Below are positions 1-10,295 of a stretch of DNA of 64,000 nucleotides, piece after piece. A program made the position numbers and the translations under genes. Below the pieces are notes generated by a model. The model was not told the DNA's origin. It was given only the letters and a program-made list of their open reading frames with translations, and made no database searches. Every line of letters starts with the position of its first letter. Within the stretch, counting starts at the first letter, position 1. The stretch lies in IMG/VR virus record IMGVR_UViG_3300032132_000748, one strand, 5' to 3'. This stretch comes from a virus. Its lineage: Duplodnaviria > Caudoviricetes.

Positions 1-20
1 ATTTTTGTGTTTTTTAAACA

Positions 21-590
21 TCAAGTCCTTCCGGCTACGCCTGATATAAAGCCATGCAGCATCACTAAGCCTACTACCGAAACTATCCCGCCAATAATTA
101 GTTTAGTTTTGTGGCAAGTATATAAAGTTGCAATTTTTGATCTTCCGAAGATAGGACCAAAAGATTCTAGAGCTTGCTCTTCACAGAGAGTTGTTGATCT
201 ACCTTCTTCACGATTATAATCTCGCTCCATAGTTTGGGATATGGGATAAAGATCAGGATTAGTGGCGTTGCCTACCGGGTCGGCACTAGCGGCTGGGCCG
301 CTGGTCCTGGTTGATACTTCTCTAGCGACACTTATAGGATATTCTCTGAGAATTCTATTTAGTTCATTACTAATATACTCGGAACTGTAGTAGCCGCCTA
401 ACCTAATAGGTGCCCAAGATGAATCCCACGAATTATAGCGGATAAAGTCTAGTCGAATTCGTTCTGCTTCCACATAAATAGCGTCAGCTTGTCTGGTGCC
501 ATCATTAATAGTTGCTTTGAGCGCGTTTAGTTGATGGGAGAAGGCCCCCCTAGCATCATCACTTGCTCTTACTCCTGCAAAGTTATTCAT
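21..590 (-). CDS. hypothetical protein with C-terminal TM helix
   Basis: 189-aa ORF whose start overlaps the stop of the upstream ORF; hydrophobic LIIGGIVSVVGLVMLHGFI near the C-terminus. Confidence 0.6.
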   Translation of the reverse strand: MNNFAGVRASDDARGAFSHQLNALKATINDGTRQADAIYVEAERIRLDFIRYNSWDSSWAPIRLGGYYSSEYISNELNRILREYPISVAREVSTRTSGPAASADPVGNATNPDLYPISQTMERDYNREEGRSTTLCEEQALESFGPIFGRSKIATLYTCHKTKLIIGGIVSVVGLVMLHGFISGVAGRT

Positions 591-1111
591 TATTCGTAAC
601 CATCCTCAGTATAGCGACCTTCTTTAGCATTACAGAACATATTATCCCAACTACAGTTCGCTTCACTACATAGTACACATAAACCCTCATCTTCTTCTAC
701 CATGTGATAGCATTGACGACACCCGCAAAATTTTTGTGGGTTGTAACGGTAACTGGAGCGCGGACTACACCCACTGCAATAAACGGTTCCTCTCCCACCA
801 GGGGTTAGGGTATGAGTCCACTTGCTACAACCAGCGCACATCGTATCTCTATCGTAAGGATGCCCATAAACACCACACTTAAATACTCCAGACCAGTGTT
901 TAATAGCTGGTTGCCTAATATTGCCAGTATAGTCTTCACATTTATAGCAGTTAATGGTATGTGCAGATCGATCACAGCTTCCGCACCTAAAATCTACTTC
1001 GTTGTAGCCCTTATGTATACCGTGTTGTTTTGTGTTCTCTCTGCAATTGGAACAATAAAGATATCTGGTTACAGGATCTCCATCTGGGTTCCATCTATAG
1101 CTATAATCCAT
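590..1111 (-). CDS. Cys-rich multi-zinc-ribbon protein (start revised to MDYSY)
   Basis: many CxxC pairs; TATAAT lies 6 nt before the ATG at 1111. Confidence 0.7.
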   Translation of the reverse strand: MDYSYRWNPDGDPVTRYLYCSNCRENTKQHGIHKGYNEVDFRCGSCDRSAHTINCYKCEDYTGNIRQPAIKHWSGVFKCGVYGHPYDRDTMCAGCSKWTHTLTPGGRGTVYCSGCSPRSSYRYNPQKFCGCRQCYHMVEEDEGLCVLCSEANCSWDNMFCNAKEGRYTEDGYE

Positions 1112-1128
1112 ACTCGGATTATACAAAA

Positions 1129-1359
1129 TTATAGACAACTTAATAAAAGAGTTGTTGCGCAAAGACCCGTAATACATTTAGCAAGGGTCTTACCTCTCTT
1201 AGAATCACCCACTGTGTAATATATTAATGGGTGGGCGCACGGGATCGGTGTTGTAGGATCCCATGGCGTATGATTGTGCCATCCATATGTTGGGTGCCAG
1301 ACCGGCCCCAGGTGCTGTTCACCTTGTGAGTGACTTCAGCCTCGGTGTTCTTTAAACAT
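1129..1359 (-). pseudogene. 76-codon ORF interrupted by one TGA at codon 8 (pseudogene, readthrough or sequence error)
   Basis: TATGAT-6nt-ATG at 1359; MFKEHRG*SHSQGEQHLGPVWHPTYGWHNHTPWDP...LLLSCL stays open to TAA at 1129. Confidence 0.4.
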
Positions 1360-1435
1360 GCTCTTATCATACCAAATGTAGTTTTATTGATCCATGAGGT
1401 CTTGCCGCTTATTTTGAATACGGTATTCTCTTGGT

Positions 1436-2590
1436 ATGAGACATAAGCATTGGTTAGACGCCCGCACTCAAGTATATGAAGAGCTTGCTAGTAGGGGCAT
1501 AATTAAAGAACATCCCTCAACAGACACAGAAGAGGGTCTAGAATACGGTCAACCTTATATAGATGAAACTCTCTTAGAAAAATCGTTTCGGAATAGAAAC
1601 GACCCTAGATATTGGGAAGTATCCCTCGGGTTTGAAGACGTTGCAGTTAAACAAAAAAAGAATATCTGCAAATCTCGCCTTGAGGTCGATACTAAATCGG
1701 AAATTATTAAAGGAGTTTTTCGCCCCTTACCGATGATCGCTGCAAATATGTCAACTGTTTGCAATGCCGATTTCATCAATCACCTATATAAAATGGGCGC
1801 TCTTGGTGTGATGCATAGAGCCGCTCCTGACGACCATATTCTCTCTGAAATAGAGAAGATTGCTGCAGAATGTGAGTGGGTGGCTGCGTCAATAGGTGTA
1901 AGTGAAAGAGACAAAGCCCTTGCAACTAAAATGGCCGAAAGAGGCTGCAATATTATCTTTATAGATATTGCGCACGGATTTAGCAACGTTACTTTTGACA
2001 TGGCCAAATGGCTTAAAGACAGTTTTTCTGATATCAAGGTAGTAGTTGGAAACACAACTAATCTGGATTTTATATATGAAGCTGCGGCAGTGTCTGACGG
2101 TATAAAGGTGGGCATAGCTCAAGGATATGCCTGCGAGACTAAAAATACAGCAGGCTGCACAGAAAAGCAATTCAGCGCTACCCTTAAATTCAAAGAAGCC
2201 TCTCGCAAGCTAGGTATTCCAGTAATCTCAGATGGCGGAACTCGTGAGCCTGCAGATCTTGTTAAAGCCATCGGTGCGGGCGCTAATAGCATCATGGCAG
2301 GAAGCATCTTCGCAAGATGCCCTGAAAGCGCGGCTGAAGTTTTTCATAAAGATGGTAGCGTTAAGAAAATCTATGCTGGGATGGCCTCCAGATATGTCCA
2401 AGACAAGTGGAAAGGCGGCCTAAAAGATGGAACATGCCCTGAAGGTGGAGTCAGATTATTAGACTTAGGAGAAACTCTAGATAAGTTTCTGGAAAGATGG
2501 TCTGGAGCCCTTAAATCTGGGATTACATATGGTGGAGGAAATAACATCCAATCATTTCAAGACACTGTAGAGTTTGTTAGGTTTAAGTAA
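1436..2590 (+). CDS. guaC: GMP reductase / IMP dehydrogenase family, no CBS domains
   Basis: IAANMSTV, GALGVMHR, IDIAHG, KVGIAQGYACET (catalytic Cys), ISDGG, YAGMAS, ALKSGITYGG; GuaC vs GuaB not resolved. Confidence 0.85.
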   Translation: MRHKHWLDARTQVYEELASRGIIKEHPSTDTEEGLEYGQPYIDETLLEKSFRNRNDPRYWEVSLGFEDVAVKQKKNICKSRLEVDTKSEIIKGVFRPLPMIAANMSTVCNADFINHLYKMGALGVMHRAAPDDHILSEIEKIAAECEWVAASIGVSERDKALATKMAERGCNIIFIDIAHGFSNVTFDMAKWLKDSFSDIKVVVGNTTNLDFIYEAAAVSDGIKVGIAQGYACETKNTAGCTEKQFSATLKFKEASRKLGIPVISDGGTREPADLVKAIGAGANSIMAGSIFARCPESAAEVFHKDGSVKKIYAGMASRYVQDKWKGGLKDGTCPEGGVRLLDLGETLDKFLERWSGALKSGITYGGGNNIQSFQDTVEFVRFK

Positions 2591-2874
2591 TGGATCCAGA
2601 ATGCGCAGTTTGCCACGCCTTACAAGAAGCTACCGATAATCTAAAACGTATATGCGACTTTATATTATTGTCACAACCAAAATCTAAAAAAGATTTTGGC
2701 CTCCATAAAAGTCTTGTGGAAAGGCATATGGGAAGTATTGCACAGATGCAAAATTACCATGAGTACTTCCATGCCACAGGCGAGAGCTTGAGTGACGCCA
2801 ATTCTAGGTTAAACTCTACATCAGGGGATGAAGGCCCTCCTCAGCAAAGACCGAGGAGATTTCGCCCTTCATAG
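2590..2874 (+). CDS. hypothetical protein
   Basis: TAATG coupling to the upstream gene; N-terminal CxxC. Confidence 0.55.
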   Translation: MDPECAVCHALQEATDNLKRICDFILLSQPKSKKDFGLHKSLVERHMGSIAQMQNYHEYFHATGESLSDANSRLNSTSGDEGPPQQRPRRFRPS

Positions 2875-2881
2875 GATATAT

Positions 2882-3997
2882 ATGACAAGTTTTACCGTAG
2901 ATACGAAGATATTTGAGAAGGCACTAGCCTCAGTCTACCCTATCGTCCCCAACAAACCGTCTAGAGACGTTCTAAAGGGCGTCAAGATTATTGCTAAGTC
3001 AGGAGCTACCGACACACTAGAGCTTTTGGTGACCGATCTGGAAACCTACGCTAAGGCATCAGTTAAGACAGATGTGATAGTTCAAAAAGCAGGAGAGGTT
3101 GTTGTCCCGGCACAAATATTGTTCGATTATGTGAAATCCCTTTCTGCCCAAAACATTGAATTAAGAGCTACAGATGAAGAAACCGTCAAGGTCAACGAAT
3201 CTGGAACCGAATTTGAAGTTGGTATTAAAGATCTTGACGAATTCCCTGAGTTCCCTGAGATCCCGAAGGGAATTAACTGGATTGAATTATCGTCAGCAAA
3301 TGTATCTCACGCGCTGTCGCGCGTCGGTTTTGCCGTAGCCGATAGAGGACACCCTAGATGGGGTGCTTTAAGCGCTATTTGCATGGATTTTGATAAAGAT
3401 AAAATAACGATGATAGGTACTGACCAACATCGGGCTAGCCTAGTCGAGGTTGAGGCAGATACGAAACTATCAGATAAACAGTTTTTAGTATCAGCCAAGG
3501 CTCTTGCATTACTTCCGAAAGTATTAGATGGCGATATCAAAGTTTCTGTTGGAAGTAAAAACGCAGTTATATTAACTGATGGTGACAACTATCTCTTTGT
3601 TCGATTAATGCATGGACAGTATCCCCCTGTCCGTAAAATTGTTCCAAAGAAGCACCCAAATATGCTCGCTATTGAAACAAAGCTTTTATTGCATCAGGTA
3701 AGGAAGGCATCCCTAGCTACAGATCAACATGGCACCCTTAGAATGAGCCTATCCAAAGACAAATTATTATTGCAGACTAAAACCAGAGAACAAAATCGCG
3801 TCGCTAAGATTGAACAAGATGTTGTTTATTCCGGTCCTGATGCTAAATTTGCGTTTAACTGCAAGTATTTATTAGAGCTTTTAAAGGCCGCAGATAATAA
3901 CGAAGAACTAGAAATACATTTCAATAAGAGTAACAATCCTGTGCTCTTCAAACAAACAAACTTTGACCATGTAATGGTCCCACTAGAAGTTAGATAA
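2882..3997 (+). CDS. dnaN: DNA polymerase III beta sliding clamp (start revised to MTSF)
   Basis: TDLE, EFPEFP, GTDQHRAS, GQYPPVRKIVP, FNCKYLLE, HVMVPL; about 370 aa; AGGA before ATG 2882. Confidence 0.92.
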   Translation: MTSFTVDTKIFEKALASVYPIVPNKPSRDVLKGVKIIAKSGATDTLELLVTDLETYAKASVKTDVIVQKAGEVVVPAQILFDYVKSLSAQNIELRATDEETVKVNESGTEFEVGIKDLDEFPEFPEIPKGINWIELSSANVSHALSRVGFAVADRGHPRWGALSAICMDFDKDKITMIGTDQHRASLVEVEADTKLSDKQFLVSAKALALLPKVLDGDIKVSVGSKNAVILTDGDNYLFVRLMHGQYPPVRKIVPKKHPNMLAIETKLLLHQVRKASLATDQHGTLRMSLSKDKLLLQTKTREQNRVAKIEQDVVYSGPDAKFAFNCKYLLELLKAADNNEELEIHFNKSNNPVLFKQTNFDHVMVPLEVR

Positions 3998-4009
3998 ATA
4001 GGAGTAAAA

Positions 4010-4294
4010 ATGAAATTCAAAGTAATTTATGACAGAGTATTAGTTAAGCGTGATGCCAATATGGAAACAAGCCACCTGATGATACCTGACAAAGTAAAGA
4101 AAGCCCCGAGAACGGGGATTGTTCTCTCCTGCGGAGATAATGTCAAATTCATCAAGGTTAATGACCGAGTTGTATTTAGTGAGTATGCTGGCCAATTTTT
4201 AGAAGCCAGTCAAGACTTAACAGAATCTGATCTCATAGTAATGAGAGAAGACGAAGTTCTTGCCGTAGAGGATGGAACGGTTGAAACTGCCTAG
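4010..4294 (+). CDS. groES: co-chaperonin GroES
   Basis: YDRVLVKR, VNDRVVFSEYAG, VMREDEVLA; AGGAG SD. Confidence 0.9.
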   Translation: MKFKVIYDRVLVKRDANMETSHLMIPDKVKKAPRTGIVLSCGDNVKFIKVNDRVVFSEYAGQFLEASQDLTESDLIVMREDEVLAVEDGTVETA

Positions 4295-4928
4295 AATCAT
4301 TCTTGATTTGGATGGCGTGGTCGTAGATTTTTTTCAACGTCTAATAGCTGTCTATAATAAAAGATATCCTGATGATATGATCACGGTTGAAGATATCAAC
4401 TGTGAACTAGAGCAGCTTGGGCCGGAAAGAGCAAGCAGGTTTATTGATATTTTCAATGAACCTGGCTGGTTTATAGAGTTAAAGTCTTTGCCAGGAGCAA
4501 TTAATATTGTCTCTCACTACGCAAGCGCTGGGCACCATATCTTGGTATGCACCGCACCCGCTAGATATCAAGATGGTAAAATAAACGGCATGAGTGCAGC
4601 AGAGAAATTTGACTGGATTCAACGCCATCTCCCGGCCTGGGGGCATAAAATAAGTATTACTCGGGATAAAGAATTTGTAGATGGAGATATCCTTGTGGAT
4701 GATACTCCACATAATATTATTAAGTGGTGTGACACGCACCCAGAGGGAATAGGAGTTTTGGTTGATCAGCCGTGGAATAGTCGATGGATTGATCTTCCAC
4801 GAAATGCTATTCGTGCGGATTTGCAAGATGTGGGAGCCATTATGGCTCATTTCTGGTGCAAAGAAACAGAGAAGTTTGCGTATAGAGCGCATGAACTGAG
4901 GAATTGGAAAAATGCGCATACTCTATAG
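4272..4928 (+). CDS. 5'(3')-deoxyribonucleotidase (NT5C, HAD fold)
   Basis: LDLDGVVVDF, EKFDWI, GDILVDD, QPWN. Confidence 0.85.
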   Translation: MERLKLPRIILDLDGVVVDFFQRLIAVYNKRYPDDMITVEDINCELEQLGPERASRFIDIFNEPGWFIELKSLPGAINIVSHYASAGHHILVCTAPARYQDGKINGMSAAEKFDWIQRHLPAWGHKISITRDKEFVDGDILVDDTPHNIIKWCDTHPEGIGVLVDQPWNSRWIDLPRNAIRADLQDVGAIMAHFWCKETEKFAYRAHELRNWKNAHTL

Positions 4929-5976
4929 TCCGGTTGGAAGTTGTGCCACTTCCTGCCAAAGACTTATTTATCCTTTGATGGCTTTACAAAAAGCAGGTAA
5001 AGCTGAGGTCGAAGTTCTTAATACAAATGATGTTAGGTCTCAGCTACGTAAAGCTGACTTAGTTGTCCTTCAGTGCTTAATAGGCCCAGAACAGCATCAG
5101 TTGATTGACTATATTCACGAGCAAGGTAAAAAGGTCGTCGTAGATTACGATGATTTGATGTCAGACTTACCTTCCAGACTCCTAAAAAATCTCGGAATGG
5201 AGCAAGAAACCATTACCCAGAATTGGATTAAATATCTAAACAGCGCGGACACTCTAACGACCCCTTCGCAGACCCTAGCTATGGAGATGCAGGATCATAC
5301 AGGAACTCCTATCCAGATACTTGATAACTTAATTCCCAGAAGTGAGTATGAGGCTTCAGATGCTTACACCCCTTTCGATGATTCCAACGAAGTTAGAATC
5401 ATGTATTCTTGCAGTGAATCTCATTTAAACGATTTCCAATTCATGGGACCCATTCTTAAGGAGATTGGTGAAAAATACCCTAATGTTACTGTAGTTTCTC
5501 AGGGTGGGTTAGAGTTTGGGTATCATTTCTGGGATTATAATGGCAAAACTCTCCATGAACCAAAAACCTCTTATGGAAGTTATTTTTCTATGCTCCGTAG
5601 GGTCAAGCCCCATATTTTCTTAGGGCCACTAACTTTAAATTCACACAATACTTGTCGTTCTAACTTAAAATATTACCAAGCAGGGGCTGTAAAGGCCGCT
5701 TTTATAGGAAGTAATATGCCGCCTTTCGTAAACGACTCTCCTTACGCGGGCAGAGTGAGGCATGGTTCAACGGGTTACACAGTTCCGGGGTCCGCTCCTT
5801 GGGAGATTTCGAAAGAGTCTATTGAAGAGCAGTGGATCTCAACTCTATCCCGATTAATAGAAGATCGAGAGTTGAATAAGAAAATTGGAACACAAGCCTA
5901 CGAGGATATGAAAGGCTATATTTTAGAAGATCGTATCGACGAGTGGGAATCTGTTTACAAAGAACTACTAGAATAG
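4912..5976 (+). CDS. GT-B glycosyltransferase
   Basis: VVVDYDD, NTCRSNLKYYQ, IGSNMPPF, WESVY; motif set typical of phage GT-B proteins. Confidence 0.75.
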   Translation: MRILYSPVGSCATSCQRLIYPLMALQKAGKAEVEVLNTNDVRSQLRKADLVVLQCLIGPEQHQLIDYIHEQGKKVVVDYDDLMSDLPSRLLKNLGMEQETITQNWIKYLNSADTLTTPSQTLAMEMQDHTGTPIQILDNLIPRSEYEASDAYTPFDDSNEVRIMYSCSESHLNDFQFMGPILKEIGEKYPNVTVVSQGGLEFGYHFWDYNGKTLHEPKTSYGSYFSMLRRVKPHIFLGPLTLNSHNTCRSNLKYYQAGAVKAAFIGSNMPPFVNDSPYAGRVRHGSTGYTVPGSAPWEISKESIEEQWISTLSRLIEDRELNKKIGTQAYEDMKGYILEDRIDEWESVYKELLE

Positions 5977-5990
5977 TTTAGTATTCGTTT

Positions 5991-6290
5991 ATGATGACTG
6001 ATCAAATTACAGACGCTACCACTGTAGCTAAAGAAAAAACAAAAAAATCAAAACTAACAACTCAAATCAAATCCTTGCTGCTTCAATTGACGGCAGAAAT
6101 TGATGAGATGATGAAATCTGGAGACTGGGACTTCGCCGTTCGTCTCAGCCACTATAGACACGAATTCGCAAAGACCCATAATAACTTAGACTGGTATACC
6201 TCCTACTTAGAAATTCGAAAAGTTCGAGATTACATAAAGGTGCTGATAGGAAATGGCCGAAAAGACAAGAAAAAAGGACAAAAAGGATGA
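5991..6290 (+). CDS. hypothetical protein
   Basis: TAGTAT-6nt-ATG; overlaps the start of dinG. Confidence 0.55.
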   Translation: MMTDQITDATTVAKEKTKKSKLTTQIKSLLLQLTAEIDEMMKSGDWDFAVRLSHYRHEFAKTHNNLDWYTSYLEIRKVRDYIKVLIGNGRKDKKKGQKG

Positions 6291-8358
6291 GAAACCAGAG
6301 TTCAAACTACCTGTTGTTCAGGGCACCTACAACTTCAAACCCAAGCACGTTCTGGGGGCAGAAGGTCCTTTAGCTAAGGACTTAAAAGCTTTTCAAGTTA
6401 GAAATGCTCAAATTGTTCTTGCAGAACAGATGCAAGAAGCCTTTGAAAAATCAAGGCATCTAATTGCTGAGGCTCAGACAGGCACGGGGAAGTCCTATGC
6501 AGCCCTCTTAGCTGCTTTTGAGACTTCTATTAGGACTAGAACTCCGGTGATCATCAGCACGCATACAATAGCGTTACAGGAGCAACTATGTCAAAAGGAT
6601 GTCCCATTCTTACTCGATAAACTGAAACTCAACATAAGAGTTTCTCTAGCAAAAGGACGAGGAAACTACGTAAGTATTCGTAGAGCAAACATTGCTATTA
6701 AAGAGAAACAAAAAGGGTATACCAAGCTAACTGATTGGCTGTCGGAAACCGATGACGGAACAAAATCCAGCCTACCTTTTAAGCCAGACTACCTTACATG
6801 GAGTCGAGCAAGGAGTGACGCTGATCAATGTTTAGGGGAAAACTGCCCTACCTTCAAAGAGTGCTTTTATCAAAAGAGCCGACGAAACCTAGGAGAAGCT
6901 CACGTAATCATCACTAACCATAACTTAGTGTTGCTAGACCTGAAAATGAAGTCCATGGGGCAAAAAGGTGTTCTACCTGATTACAAACACCTCGTTTTGG
7001 ACGAAGCTCACGAAGTAGAAAATGTAGCAAGACAGACCTTCACCTTCGAACTTCGCCAAAAAGAGTTGCAGTCCGTTTTATACGAGATATGGAATTCTGA
7101 TAAGAGTAATGGATTCCTCAATCAAATGGTAACCAATTCCAATAAATCTTTGTTGGCAAGTAAAGTATCTGGAAAAGTCGACGTTAAGTCTAAGATCGTT
7201 AAAGAAGCGGCAAAAGCAGTTGAGAAGGTATTTGAAGAGAACGAAGAGTTCTTCAAAAAAATTAAAGCTTATGTTGGAAATGAGTATTTAAAACGATTTA
7301 CAGAAAAAAATGCAATCAAAACAACGTTAGTAGAGGACATCGGAGCTATGCTCGGATGTTTTAAAAGCCTGACCTCCCATGTTCCTGATAAAAATGATAA
7401 GGCCGCTTTAGAGTTCGCAGCTAAACGGTGTACTGAAATTGCAATGGGTGTAGATCAAATCATAACTCTCCCTAACGTAACAGGTAAGGATTACCCAGAG
7501 GTTGTTGCTTGGGCTAGTTCTAGAATGCTTCCAAATAAAAGCAAAACATATTCAGTGACTTGCTCTCCCATTTTTCTTAAACCGTTAATGCAAAGAATGG
7601 TGTTTAAGCCGCTAAACTCAGTAGTTTTAATGTCAGCAACATTATCTACAGGAGGTAAAAACCCTTTCCGAATGTTTGAAAGCATTTTGGGTGTTCCAGA
7701 TCCTATGAGATTAAGGCTGGCTTCTGTTTTTGATTATAAGGAGCAAGCTTTTGTTGTGTTGGTTACAGATATGCCGGAACAAAAGAAGGATAATTACGCA
7801 GAAGAGCTAGCTAAGCAAGTTAAAAAGTATGTAAAGGCAACCTCTGGCGGAGCTTTTGTTTTATTCACATCCTTTAAGGTTATGAATAAGGTATATGAAG
7901 GAGTCAAGGTTAGTTTAGAGCTTTCCGGGTATAAACTCTTTTGCCAAGGAAAAGAATTGAACAGGAATCAAATGATTTCTGAATTTAAAAAGACTACTAA
8001 AGGAGTATTATTCGGGGTATCTTCTTTCTGGACAGGGGTGGACATTCCTGGTCGAGCACTAAGTAAACTTATAATTACTAAATTACCCTTCCCTTCTCCT
8101 GCTGACCCTTTAATGGAGGCACAATCTGAAATCTATGAGAAGTTTGGGCGTAATTTCTTTATGGAGCGGTCTATCCCTATGACTGCTATTATGTTAAAAC
8201 AAGGTTTTGGAAGACTAATAAGAACTAATACGGACAAAGGTATGGTTGTCATACTAGATAGTCGAGTAGTAACTAAAAGGTATGGATCAATGATCCTAAG
8301 CGCATTACCTTCAAAGTGTCCGCAGATAAAGGTAACACGAGATACGGCTCTTAATTAA
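6253..8358 (+). CDS. dinG: DinG/YoaA family ATP-dependent helicase
   Basis: AQTGTGKS, LQEQL, KGRGNY, DEAH, MSATL, SFWTGVDIPG, KQGFGRLIR. Confidence 0.93.
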   Translation: MAEKTRKKDKKDEKPEFKLPVVQGTYNFKPKHVLGAEGPLAKDLKAFQVRNAQIVLAEQMQEAFEKSRHLIAEAQTGTGKSYAALLAAFETSIRTRTPVIISTHTIALQEQLCQKDVPFLLDKLKLNIRVSLAKGRGNYVSIRRANIAIKEKQKGYTKLTDWLSETDDGTKSSLPFKPDYLTWSRARSDADQCLGENCPTFKECFYQKSRRNLGEAHVIITNHNLVLLDLKMKSMGQKGVLPDYKHLVLDEAHEVENVARQTFTFELRQKELQSVLYEIWNSDKSNGFLNQMVTNSNKSLLASKVSGKVDVKSKIVKEAAKAVEKVFEENEEFFKKIKAYVGNEYLKRFTEKNAIKTTLVEDIGAMLGCFKSLTSHVPDKNDKAALEFAAKRCTEIAMGVDQIITLPNVTGKDYPEVVAWASSRMLPNKSKTYSVTCSPIFLKPLMQRMVFKPLNSVVLMSATLSTGGKNPFRMFESILGVPDPMRLRLASVFDYKEQAFVVLVTDMPEQKKDNYAEELAKQVKKYVKATSGGAFVLFTSFKVMNKVYEGVKVSLELSGYKLFCQGKELNRNQMISEFKKTTKGVLFGVSSFWTGVDIPGRALSKLIITKLPFPSPADPLMEAQSEIYEKFGRNFFMERSIPMTAIMLKQGFGRLIRTNTDKGMVVILDSRVVTKRYGSMILSALPSKCPQIKVTRDTALN

Positions 8359-8425
8359 AGGGGATTCTATCATCATAACATAATAGTTACGATCAAATAA
8401 TATTTATATAATATGCGTTGAATGC

Positions 8426-8454
8426 TTGACTCATACATCTCATTGCTGTACTAT
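8426..8454 (+). promoter_or_regulatory. sigma70-type promoter
   Basis: TTGACT-17nt-TACTAT. Confidence 0.6.
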
Positions 8455-8511
8455 TTTAGTAGATGCTCAAAAGAGCTTTGAAAAGATAAAAGGAATGGAG
8501 TTAAACAGCAC

Positions 8512-8901
8512 GTGAGGCCCTACGAACCAGATTTTAATGACCCGCTAATCAGGAACCCCTGGGATCCTGAAAAACACCCGGAACACCACAGCTATATTCA
8601 GTCGATTATAGAGCGCTTGGAGAAGGAGAATATCCGTCCTCCCAAATATACAAATGAGACTAAGCTCGAAGTGTATAGATTGAGAGATGAAGGACATACT
8701 CTTCGACAAATAGCCGAAACTGTGGGTGTCTCTAAGAGCACTGCGTGTTTGTATTTACAAAAACGCAAGAAGCTAGCAGCCACGAAGAAGGTTGTTGTCA
8801 CTCAACCGGGAACAAATAACAAAATTGAAACACAATACACCTTGAACGAAGTTAATGTGGGAAAAATTTCCCCCAAAACTGTCGATAACAAGGTGTCCTA
8901 A
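8512..8901 (+). CDS. helix-turn-helix DNA-binding protein
   Basis: GHTLRQIAETVGVSKSTA; start uncertain. Confidence 0.75.
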   Translation: MRPYEPDFNDPLIRNPWDPEKHPEHHSYIQSIIERLEKENIRPPKYTNETKLEVYRLRDEGHTLRQIAETVGVSKSTACLYLQKRKKLAATKKVVVTQPGTNNKIETQYTLNEVNVGKISPKTVDNKVS

Positions 8902-9398
8902 TGTCCCTACCAGTAATTGCGCTTGATTTAGCCACTAAAACTGGCTGGGCATTAAAAGATAGGGACGGGCGACTAGCCTCGGGGGTTCAAGCTTTCGAAC
9001 TCAAACGAGGGGAGAGTCGTGGAATGCGTTTTCTTAGGTTTAGAAAATGGCTCAACGAAATGCTTGAGCTATGTCGAATGGGAAAAAAACACTCCGCTAC
9101 AGAGCCCGGAATTATTATATTCGAACAAGCCCATCACAGAGGCGGGCACGCAACAGAATTAGCTGTTGGTTTAGTAACTGATGTTTTGGCTGAAGCAGCC
9201 CGGCACGGCTTAGAACATATGCCTGTCCATACCGGCGCTTTGAAAAAATGGGCAACAGGTAAGGGCAACTCCGGTAAGCCCTTGATGATAGCCAGAGCTA
9301 AGGAACTTTTCCCTAAAGTAGAGATTATCGATGACAACCACGCCGATGCACTCTTACTCTTATCCTACGGAGCAGAAGAAGTAGGAATTACTGTTTAG
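8901..9398 (+). CDS. RuvC-like (RNase H fold) Holliday junction resolvase, phage type
   Basis: IALDLATKTGWA, IIFEQ, LKKWATGKGN, DDNHADA. Confidence 0.85.
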   Translation: MSLPVIALDLATKTGWALKDRDGRLASGVQAFELKRGESRGMRFLRFRKWLNEMLELCRMGKKHSATEPGIIIFEQAHHRGGHATELAVGLVTDVLAEAARHGLEHMPVHTGALKKWATGKGNSGKPLMIARAKELFPKVEIIDDNHADALLLLSYGAEEVGITV

Positions 9399-9444
9399 TC
9401 GTTGAACTTACTCGTATATTAGCTAACCTATGTGTAGGTGATAT

Positions 9445-9870
9445 ATGAGCGAATTTGATAGTTCCAAATCTTCAGACGATTTAAGCGGAGAAAAGATGCA
9501 AACTCTTATGGATAAGAGTTTTGTAACAGTAACTAAAACCAAGATGTATGAGTCGGATGATGAGATGCGACTTAAGGATCCCGGTGAAGAGTTCGCCATT
9601 AAGCCTTGGGGACCTCCAGGTAAAGTCTTGTGCTGGTCATACAGATTTGCATTTAACAACCAAGCACGTAAACGTAGATTTTTCTCTACTGTTCTTACTG
9701 CTCCCGATCAAGAGTGGGATAATTACGTTAAATGGCAAGATGATATTAGTAATTATCAAGGACAGATTACTGTTGAAGCCCAAGTTAGAGTCCCGCCAGG
9801 TGAGGCCGGAAAGTTCAGATATCAATTCGAACAATTCTATACTAGAATAGTTGTAAAGGAAGATAACTAA
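9445..9870 (+). CDS. hypothetical protein
   Basis: AGGTG SD; 141-aa ORF. Confidence 0.6.
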   Translation: MSEFDSSKSSDDLSGEKMQTLMDKSFVTVTKTKMYESDDEMRLKDPGEEFAIKPWGPPGKVLCWSYRFAFNNQARKRRFFSTVLTAPDQEWDNYVKWQDDISNYQGQITVEAQVRVPPGEAGKFRYQFEQFYTRIVVKEDN

Positions 9871-10199
9871 TGGCTAATAAAACAGTTAAATGTATAATTA
9901 GTAAGGATCTCGTTCCAAGTCAACCGGATTTGTTAACATCGGAATGCCTGAGAGTTGAAACCCCAGATAAGATTGTTCTTACTCCCGGCTCAATGACTAA
10001 GATAAATCTTACGGTGTATAATAGTTCTACCAACGGTCGTATAGCACACATTAAAGCATCCTATGATAGTCGGGTAGTAAATGTCCATATACCAGATCCA
10101 TCTTTTTATGTTTCCCCTGACGGACAAACAACAACTTATGCATTGATCATGCCCCAATCACCCTCGGGGGACGCAGTCATCACTTTCGACGCAACTTAA
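9870..10199 (+). CDS. hypothetical beta-rich (Ig-like?) protein
   Basis: TAATG coupling; alternating beta-strand pattern. Confidence 0.55.
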   Translation: MANKTVKCIISKDLVPSQPDLLTSECLRVETPDKIVLTPGSMTKINLTVYNSSTNGRIAHIKASYDSRVVNVHIPDPSFYVSPDGQTTTYALIMPQSPSGDAVITFDAT

Positions 10200-10295
10200 T
10201 TAACACTAATTTAAAGGTATTTATTCTTAATTTACCTTTATTTTTTTCTAATTATTGATTCTTCTTTTATTGGTTCTTACAATAGCAGTAGAGTA

